Part shown: one piece after another, positions 55,248 through 64,000 of the stretch
Layout: each line of letters begins with the position of its first letter
Numbering within the stretch: the stretch's first letter is position 1
NCBI GenBank assembly: GCA_965178125.1
Contig: OZ237744.1
Location: 124,001 to 188,000 of the forward strand
Reading direction: 5' to 3'
DNA from: Bilabrum cf. latius
Taxonomy: Eukaryota
DNA length: 64,000 nt
Program-made: the position numbers and the translations under genes
The notes under the pieces: model-generated
Told to the model about the DNA's origin: nothing
The model's input: the letters and a program-made list of their open reading frames with translations, nothing else
Database searches by the model: none

Positions 55248-55370
55248 GCTCGGGTAGGGGAGCACGGGCTAGGAGAGGATGCATGGGGGAAGTCGCGGGG
55301 GCGCGTGTCGTCGCCGCGGCTGGGGTGATCCGAAGTAGGTTGTGTGGGGGGTTGATAGTTTTGGAGCGGT

Positions 55371-57534
55371 ATGTCGTGGATTGAACCGAGTGAGCTGCCT
55401 GGGCAGCTCGCTTCACAAGACGCAATCGAAGCTCTAATCGCCGGTGCACAGCGCACTCACCGTGACCTAGCCGCGACAGCGGAACCTTTGATAGGGTCTC
55501 CGAATCTTTCTGGTCAGGACATCGGATTCAGACGGTTCATTGATTTCGTGGGAAAAATACTGTGCACATGGTCAAGAAGCAGATTGTCTTGAAATTCCAC
55601 GCAACATGAGAGATTCGTTCCGCCGTTTAGGAGCCCCACAGCCAATTGCCGATCGGTGTATCTGAATGACGTGAACGCGTACTTGTGGTCGACTATGATA
55701 TATGATAGAATCAAATAGATCAAAGAGGTCGATAGCGACTTGGACGAATACCAATAGTTCGTTGAAGAATGCCTTAGAGAAGATCGGCCATGATGGGTGT
55801 TCTGTTTCGACAAGACAACACCGTAGCACCTTGTAGAGGACCTATCTATCAAATTAATCTCTACGCCGACCTCACTTGCCGGACTTCACTTCTCGGACGG
55901 GCAATTGCAGGACACTGAGACTGTCCTTAGGCTGCAATTTCGGGACAGAGGCTTGTCGTGTCTTTGGCACTGCCCTTCAGTCCGGTCCACGCAGCTTAGT
56001 ATTTGGGCTTCGGGATTCCATAACCTCATTTGATGGCCTGCTCGCACTCAAGCCCTGGCTGCGTCCTGACACGCCCATCTGCGTCGAGTGGGAAGGCGAT
56101 GACACGGTGCACGACCTCGCGGGCGACTTGCTACCGCGCCCACCTTCGATCGATGACTGCAATGTTGATAGCCGTAAGATGGGTGTGCTGCTGTGGCGCA
56201 GGGCACAAGAGGCGCGCAGAGACGCGGGCATGGTGTTCCAGGCAGCAAGCCAGGGCAGGCCCCTGGAGCTGGGCAAGCGGCTGAGGCTGGGGCGACTGGC
56301 AGGGGGCCTGGATCGGGAGGGGCGTGTGTCTTGCGGGCATGGGAGGTGGTTGGGCGGGCCTGTGTTCGGGGCTCTGGGCGGGGGTCATGGGGAGTGCCTG
56401 GGGCTGTTGCTGCAGGAGAGCTCGAGGCTGGGCTGGCTATGGCCGTGCGGGGAGTGGGTGGGTGAGGGTGCGGGCGAGGGCGGCAGTGTGTGCTGGTTGG
56501 AGGCGTGTGTGAGGCAGTGTGTCGGTGGCAGCGGGTGCAGGGAGGCCATCGGGGAGTGGGCAAGGCGGGCTGCGGATGGGCTTGGCGAGGAGGTGCGGGC
56601 GTGTGAGCTGGCGTGCGAGCGTGTGGGTCATGCTCGGCAGCAGGCTGAGCACTGGAGGGGGCAGGCCTTGGAGTGGCGGGAGAGGGGCGAGGGGGGTCTG
56701 GCTCAGATCGAGGCGAGTCGGGAGTGGTGGCGCGTGCATGCAGAGGGCAGGTGTGACGAGTGGATGGATCGGTACGGGAAGCGGCTTGGGTATGCGGGCT
56801 TGGAGGCTGAGCTGAGTGGGGGTGAAGGCGAGCAGGCAGGCAAGAGTGATGGGGATGGTGATGTGGATGATGATGTGGATTTGGATGAGGCGGCTGTCAT
56901 TCAGGATGGCGCGAAAGATGACGAAGACGGGGCAGCGGATTCGGGCGAAAGGGGCGGTGAGGACGATCATGCTGCAGAGCTGCACGAGGCCGGGATGGAC
57001 ATGTTCTTCTGGCGCGAGGACGAGCCGCCCAAGCTGGGCAACAGGTGGGACTGGCACACGTACAGACGGAATAAGATGCGGGCCGAGGCAGCGGAAGCCA
57101 GGGCGCGTGTGACGAGTGCGCGGGCAGGGGAGCGGGCAGACCGGCTGTTGCGTGGGCTGCGTGGGCTGCGGGATGGGTGCGTGGCTCTGGCGGGGCGGGG
57201 GTCAGGCGCATCGCACGAGAGTGCAGTGGATAGAGCTGGTGCTTCTACAGATGATGGGGGCAGTCTATCTGGCTCGGCAGGCCGCTGTCTGGTGCCGCTT
57301 GTGTCTTCGGGTGGACTGCAAGGGGTCGCGGAGGGGGTGTTGCGGGCGTTGGGCGAGTGGTGCGGCGGGGCATGGGAGCGTGATGATGGTGGGGCGGATG
57401 GTGTGGATGTGTTTTGGGGTCGTGTGTGTGACGAGTGTGATGGGATGGGGTGGGTGCTGCCTGGTGACGGTGCCTCGCTGGTGGAAGCCCAAAGGCTGAT
57501 GGGCGCTGAAATGGCTGCAGTCTTGATATAGTGA
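55371..57534 (+). pseudogene. Array gene B copy 5 (inverted arm), degenerate
   Basis: Divergent N-terminus with in-frame TGA (55590, 55791). Most LRRs are deleted, with a frameshift near 55900. The C-terminal region is near-identical to the other copies. Confidence 0.65.
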
Positions 57535-57743
57535 CACTTGAGCACTTATATGTCGCAGCTGGTTGCATTTCCGTAACGACTCAAAGACACTGGTGCTGCA
57601 ACATGTAGACTCTAGCTCTACGACCCCGGGCCGCCGATTTGCGACCAAGTGCGACCTCAGGCTCCAGGCTCCGTCGGTTTCGTCATTTGCATTGAAGAAA
57701 GAGCAAGTAGTTCTTTTGAAGTAAGGCTATTTGACATCTGTAC

Positions 57744-59405
57744 ATGCACTAGTGGTCAAGGCCAATAGCTTGCGTGGCGGGACGCTCCGGATCTATTGCA
57801 AGTCACATTGGGATTGCATGGGCGGTGTCGTGCCTGTTGGTGCTTGCAGATGCATCCTGCACTGGATCTATCTATTAGTATCGTATGGAGCATGTCACTT
57901 TATGTCCTGTGTCCACTGATTTGGTTGCGGCGGACGTCAAATGCCACACGAGACATGGATGGACCCATCTGCAACTCGACGGCAAAAATTACTGCACCAA
58001 GTCGCACTAGACCTTGAAGATCGGCAAGGATGAAAGCATTGGTGCCATGTTAGAGGATATCGAGTGCATGGTCGACGGGCCCTACGATCAGGCGGCTTTC
58101 GCGCCTCGCTACAACACGAGATTGCAAGAGAAGCTTCGACGGGAGGACGAGGCAAGTGGAACTGGAACGACGAAGAGAGCAGCAACAGGCTCTGGAAGCT
58201 CCGGAGCAGCTGCAATGGAGGCAGACGATGGAACTGCTAATTTGATGTGCGATCGCGGAGATCCGGAGGAGCCCACCTACAGCGGAGACGAGGCACTCGT
58301 GTACTCGTGGAAAGAGATCGAGGGCAGCCGTAGAAACCGCCAGGCAGTGGACCAGCTGGCGATTGGAGGCATGTCGCAGCGGGCCCTGTCCATCGGCACG
58401 TACTCTGTGAACTCGCTCAACCGAGCATTGGCTAGAAAAGCGATAGCTGATGTGTTTGAAGTGTCCAAATCGCCGAAGGGTGCTACCAGTGGTTCTAGTA
58501 GTTCAAGGCTTGCTGCTAGGGGCTGCTTCGTGGCAGCTGCGGCCATCTATCCACTGTCCGTGCGTGTGTTTCTGCCTCGTGAGGGCGAGTGCTCCGACGA
58601 TGCCAGGACGATGAGGCACGTGGAATCGACGTACCACGCAATCGCTCAACTCAACGGGGCAGCGCCATTCGTAGCAGGCAAGGGCGAGCGCAAAGTTCCG
58701 CAGGGGTGGAATGGAGCGCTTAGCAAATAATATGCGGCTCGTATCATAGAATGCAGGGTTGGACCAAGCGATCCGAGAAGTGTTGGACCCCCTCTCCTTA
58801 AGATGGGCAGGGAGAATGATCGCAGAAGCGCCGGTGTCCCGTTCAGCGCGGTGGGTGCAGGTGACCCGTAGGCAGGCATGCACGAGCAGTTCGGGCTTGA
58901 CCCTGAAAAGGTTGATGGGCGTGACAAGCTTGATGAGGCAGCACAATGCATCAACTCGGCTGCTGTAGCTTGCTTGGGCATTGGTTGGTGCTCCGCCTCC
59001 AGCGGGGCGAAGGCAATGGATGCCGATGATGATCTATCCACCTGCTTCTACGATGTAGACCTCGGTTTGTTGAGGCGTCAGCCGATATGCATCGCACCTA
59101 TGGCTGCATTTTCTGTCCCGAGGGAAACAACTGCTCGAGCCTGCCTTGCGGCGAGATTTAGCTCTAGAGCCGGAACCGGGTTGCTGGCGGAAGCCGACAG
59201 TGGCGTGGCACTGCATGCCGCGCAGGACCAAGGTCTCTTGCAAGAGGAGGGCTCTACAATCGCTTCAGAGGAAAAGAAAGGTGACGGTGCTGCTAGCAGG
59301 GCGCCTGAAGGGGGTCTGGACGGTCTGTAGGAGCTCTTGCCCAAGGGACACGGCTCAGTTCGTCGCAACCGGCATCGCTCACTGGCAGACGCGGAGTTGT
59401 GGTGA
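57744..59405 (+). pseudogene. Divergent array gene A copy with one in-frame TAA (58728)
   Basis: Homology to gene A continues in the same frame after TAA 58728-58730; ends TGA. Confidence 0.55.
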
Positions 59406-59492
59406 ACCACAAGTTCGGCACAATCGTTTATTACCACCAGAGAAGAGTTGTGCTTTTCGAATAGGCTATAAACCGACGTGACACTTCATCGA

Positions 59493-61835
59493 ATGAATGC
59501 GGAGATCTTGAGTTCAAGGTATACGGATGTCGTTGCCAGTGAATTGGTGCAATTAGGTTGCTCAGATGACGCAGATCAATACTTGCAAGGCAGCCTCTGC
59601 TAGGAAAGCCCTATTTAGCTCAGATTTAGTCGCTGGACCACGCAACGTATCCTGGATGCGGTATCCAGCAAGCTAATCAGAGACTCTACTAGTAGTAGTA
59701 CGTCTCTTGTTGGGCTCAGCTTTTCGGATGGGCAGCTGCAGGCAGCTCGGACTGTCAGCGTAGTAGTCCATTTTCTCTCAATCAACACAAGCTTACGAAT
59801 GCTCCACCTACACGATTGTGCGTCGAGGGATGGAATTCATGCGATCGCCAGGGCCATCCGAGACGACGCTACGCTTAAGGTCATAGGTTTTGACAGCTAG
59901 AAGCTACCGTTTCCGGCCGTTTGTGCTATTTCCTTAAAAATGGCGGCGATGCACAGTCTGAAAACACTACTCATGCGAGGCGCAGGGCTAGGGGCGAGAG
60001 GATGCAAGCTACTCTCTTCAGCAATCACGAGAAGCTCGTCGATTCGGTTGCTTGATCTGAGTCGGAACCTCATTGGTGATAGGGAGATCGCCAGTCTGAC
60101 CGAAGCTGTTGGCCGTTGCAGTTCCATGGAGCACCTGTGCATTTCCAGGACGGGCGCATCAGTTGCGACTGCAAGAGCGATCGCCAGGCTCCTCTAGCAG
60201 AAGACGCAGATGAGGTACTTGGAAGCCGATAGCTGCTTTTTCGGGGGGAAGGCATGCCGCATGCTGGCTGGCGCCTTCCAGTGCTATTCTGGCATCGTCG
60301 CAATGCGGCTGCAAAACTCCATCACTTCCTTTGATGGCCTGCTCGCACTCAAGCCCTGGCTGCGTCCTGACACGCCCATCTGCGTCGAGTGGGAAGGCGA
60401 TGACACGGTGCACGACCTCGCGGGCGACTTGCTACCGCGCCCACCTTCGATCGATGACTGCAATGTTGATTACCGTAAGATGGGTGTGCTGCTGTGGCGC
60501 AGGGCACAAGAGGCGCGCAGAGACGCGGGCATGGTGTTCCAGGCAGCAAGCCAGGGCAGGCCCCTGGAGCTGGGCAAGCGGCTGAGGCTGGGGCGACTGG
60601 CAGGGGGCCTGGATCGGGAGGGGCGCGTGTCTTGCGGGCATGGGAGGTGGTTGGGCGGGCCTGTGTTCGGGGCTCTGGGCGGGGGTCATGGGGAATGCCT
60701 GGGGCTGTTGCTGCAGGAGAGCTCGAGGCTGGGCCGGCTATGGCCGTGCGGGGAGTGGGTGGGTGAGGGTGCGGGCGAGGGCGGCAGTGTGTGCTGGTTG
60801 GAGGCGTGTGTGAGGCAGTGTGTCGGTGGCAGCGGGTGCAGGGAGGCCATCGGGGAGTGGGCAAGGCGGGCTGCGGATGGGCTTGGCGAGGAGGTGCGGG
60901 CGTGCGAGGTGGCGTGCGAGCGTGTGGGTCATGCTCGGCAGCAGGCTGAGCACTGGAGGGGGCAGGCCTTGGAGTGGCGGGAGAGGGGCGAGGGGGGTCT
61001 GGCTCAGATCGAGGCGAGTCGGGAGTGGTGGCGCGTGCATGCAGAGGGCAGGTGTGACGAGTGGATGGATCGGTACGGGAAGCGGCTTGGGTATGCGGGC
61101 TTGGAGGCTGAGCTGAGTGGGGGTGATGAAGGGCAGGCAGGCAAGAGTGATGGGGATGGTGATGTGGATGATGATGTGGATTTGGATGAGGCGGCTGTCA
61201 TTCAGGATGGCGCGAAAGATGACGAAGACGGGGCAGCGGATTCGGGCGAAAGGGGCGGTGAGGACGATCATGCTGCAGAGCTGCACGAGGCCGGGATGGA
61301 CATGTTCTTCTGGCGCGAGGACGAGCCGCCCAAGCTGGGCAACAGGTGGGACTGGCACACGTACAGACGGAATAAGATGCGGGCCGAGGCAGCGGAAGCC
61401 AGGGCGCGTGTGACGAGTGCGCGGGCAGGGGAGCGGGCAGACCGGCTGTTGCGTGGGCTGCGTGGGCTGCGGGATGGGTGCGTGGCTTTGGCGGGGCGGG
61501 GATCAGGCGCATCGCACGAGAGTGCAGTGGATAGAGCTGGTGCTTCTACAGATGATGGGGGCAGTCTATCTGGCTCGGCAGGCCGCTGTCTGGTGCCGCT
61601 TGTGTCTTCGGGTGGACTGCAAGGGGTTGCACAGGGGGTGTTGCGGGCGTTGGGCGAGTGGTGCGGCGGGGCATGGGAGCGTGATGATGGTGGAGCGGAT
61701 GGTGTGGATGTGTTTTGGGGTCGTGTGTGTGACGAGTGTGATGTGATGGGGTGGGTACTGCCTGGTGACGGTGCCTCGCTGGTGGAAGCCCAGGTGCAGT
61801 AGTCGGAATCCGGACATGTGTACGTTGCGGACTGA
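59493..61835 (+). CDS. Array gene B copy 6: divergent LRR region, conserved C-terminal region
   Basis: One frame broken only by TAG. LRRs LKTLLMRGAGLGARGC and IRLLDLSRNLIGDREI; ends TGA. Confidence 0.75.
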
Positions 61836-62129
61836 TGGGCGCTGAGATCCCAATTGGCTGCAGTCTTAGCATGGCGGCGCATGATTTGTAGCGATGCATA
61901 TTGAAGCCAATCGCTGTACGGTGAGAGAGTGTGAGAGCAGCGCGGTGATGCCGTCTGTACGCCCTCTTTCAAGTTGGACGACTAGACAAGCTTCTGTGCG
62001 ACCAACTGCGACCTTCTATTTCGGGGAGGTTCCGTCGCTTGGCGCGGCGATACCGGATCAGATTGTTTGGTTCAAAGAGCACACTGAAATAACAAGATCT
62101 GTTAAGGGCCGGCAATTCAGATTGTACGA

Positions 62130-63917
62130 ATGTTCTCGCTCCCCGTCGCTCGTGTGTGTGCGTTCAGGCCAGGAGATCAAAAGTGGGGAAGTACCGGATG
62201 GCTCGCGGGAGTTTCCAGCGTCGTATGGGCCATGACTTGCCTGCTAGGAATCGCAAACGCATCCTGCACCGGCTCCATCTATTAGTATCGCATGGAACAT
62301 GTCACGGTGTGTCCGATCCCTTCACCTTTTGATGCGGTGGGCCAGCCGTGCAACACTGGACATGGATGGACCCATCTGCAACTCGACGGCAAAAATTACT
62401 GCACCAAGTCGCACTAGACCTTGAAGATCGGCAAGGATGAAAGCATTGGCGCCATGGTCGAGGATATCGAGTGCATGGTCGACGGGCCCAACGACCAGGC
62501 GGCTTTCGCGCCTCGGTACTACACTCGACTTCAGGCCGAACTACAGCGAGAAGCAGAGTTGAAGGCAAGCACACCCGCTGCACGCTCTGGCGCTGCCTCA
62601 TCAGGTTCGGGTGAAGGCGGGGAGGGCGGCGCAGCCAAAGCGGGTGGTGCTGCCAGCGCGAACCCGATGTGCGATCGCGGAGATCCGGAGGAGCCCACCT
62701 ACAGCGGAGACGAGGCACTCGTGTACTCGTGGAAAGAGATCGAGGGCAGCCCTAGAAACCGCCAGGCAGTGGACCAGCTGGCGATTGGAGGCATGTCGCA
62801 GCGGGCCCTGTCCATCGGCACGTACTCTGTGAACTCGCTCAACCGAGCCCTGCCGGGAACACCGGTACCTCACGTGTTTGACGTGTCCAAGTTGCCGCGA
62901 GACGGTCCTGGAGACGAAGGAAGTGGAGATGATGGCAGTCATGCTGCTAGAGACTGCTTCGTGGCAGCTGCGGCCATCTACCCTCTGTCCGTGCGTGTGT
63001 TCCTGCCTCGCGAGGGCAAGTGCTCGCGAGGGGCCAAGGACATGAGGCACGTGGAATCGACGTACCATGCTGTAGCTCTTTGGGGGCAAGATGGAGAAGC
63101 GTCGGGCGGGGCATCGGGTGGCGCTGCATCTGGCAGAGAGAAGGTGCGGCTCAGCCTGGGACATGCTGCGCGCATAAAGGATTGCATGGAGACAGATGTC
63201 GACTGGCAGGATCTCGGCTCTGCGCTCATCAAGATGGGCCGCAAACCGGATCGCGCGAGAGCTGGGATCCCGTTCAGTGCAGTGGATGTAGGCGCTTCGC
63301 AAGCAGGCATGCACGAGCAGTTCGGGCTTGACCCAGCAGTCGATGAAAACCCGGCCCTGCTCAATGAAGCGGCAGTGGCCATCTAGACGGTAGTGGCGTA
63401 GTGCTTGAAGATCTCGGGGTGCTCAGGGTCCGGCGATGCAGATGGTGAAGGCAAACACAAGTCATCCATGTGCTTCTTCGATGTGGATCTAAAGGGGCTG
63501 CTTGAGTAGCCCGTGTGCACCTCCCCCGTGGCGATGTTCCCCATTGCTCGGGACAAGGGAGGGGCTAGTCAGTGCTTGGCGGCAACCAGGCCTGCAGCAG
63601 ATGCAGATGCAGATGCAGGTACAGGTGCAGGTGCAGGTGCAGGTGCAGGTGCAGGTGCAGGTGCAGGTGCAGGTGCAGGTGCAGGTGCAGGTGCAGGTGC
63701 AGGTGCAGGTGCAGGTGCAGGTGCAGGGATGTCCGAATCGAAGGTGGGGGGTCTGGGAGACTCGTCAGAACAAGCGGGGCATGGTGCTGCTACTGGTGGT
63801 GATGGCACACCTGCAAGCAGCGCGTTTCGGGGGCAGCAGTAGCCAGGGCGCCGCAACCCATTGCGGAGGAATCGCCGCCGAGACGGTGGATCAAGTGGCT
63901 CTAAGGCTGGGAAATGA
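62130..63917 (+). CDS. Array gene A copy (inverted arm)
   Basis: In-frame paralog joined by TAGs; ends TGA; the array continues off the right edge. Confidence 0.6.
63598..63726 (+). repeat. (GCAGGT)n hexamer microsatellite encoding poly(Ala-Gly)
   Basis: About 20 tandem hexamers; much shorter in the other gene A copies. Confidence 0.9.
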
Positions 63918-64000
63918 TGAGACCAACAGACTGTGCCTTGCTTCCAACTTGTGCCAACGTATTCCGACTGTGCATGAAGGACCCGGAGACAAACGGCCAA

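Noticed and set aside
54375-55384. Overlapping 296 aa and 189 aa ORFs on RPS4
   Set aside because: These are artefacts of the strong GC3 codon bias.
46586-58730. UAA also reassigned (ciliate-type table 6), suggested by in-frame TAA at 46586, 51273 and 58728
   Set aside because: These occur only in array copies (probable intron or nonsense mutation). RPS4 ends at TAA at its normal position, and the long intact genes have many TAG but no TAA. A genome-wide check is still worthwhile.

Overview
GC-rich, gene-dense eukaryotic nuclear DNA with short GT-AG introns, from a flagellated/ciliated protist (it carries B9D1; the protein style suggests a bicosoecid/Cafeteria-like stramenopile, which is inference only). 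The main result is a non-standard nuclear genetic code: UAG is a sense codon read as Gln, while UAA and UGA remain stops. Reading TAG as Gln joins the fragmented ORF track into intact genes. TAG falls at conserved Gln positions in RsmH/METTL15 (TRCF*ALRIAVNDEL), B9D1 (two sites) and an EGF domain (CAS*PC), and it alternates with CAG/CAA between paralogs. Genes in order: a large USP9X/24/34-like protein with an N-terminal MABP-like region (runs off the left edge); two related mucin-EGF-TM surface proteins, one with an FG-GAP repeat head; a GH39-like glycosidase and a decayed partial copy; a class I cyclic nucleotide phosphodiesterase; RsmH/METTL15; a cold-shock/SUZ-C protein; and an ICMT/PEMT-family methyltransferase. 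These are followed by a ~4.7 kb two-gene tandem array (unknown gene A plus LRR gene B) arranged as two opposed arms around the divergent B9D1-RPS4 pair. All gene coordinates assume TAG=Gln and were derived by hand, so start codons are approximate.
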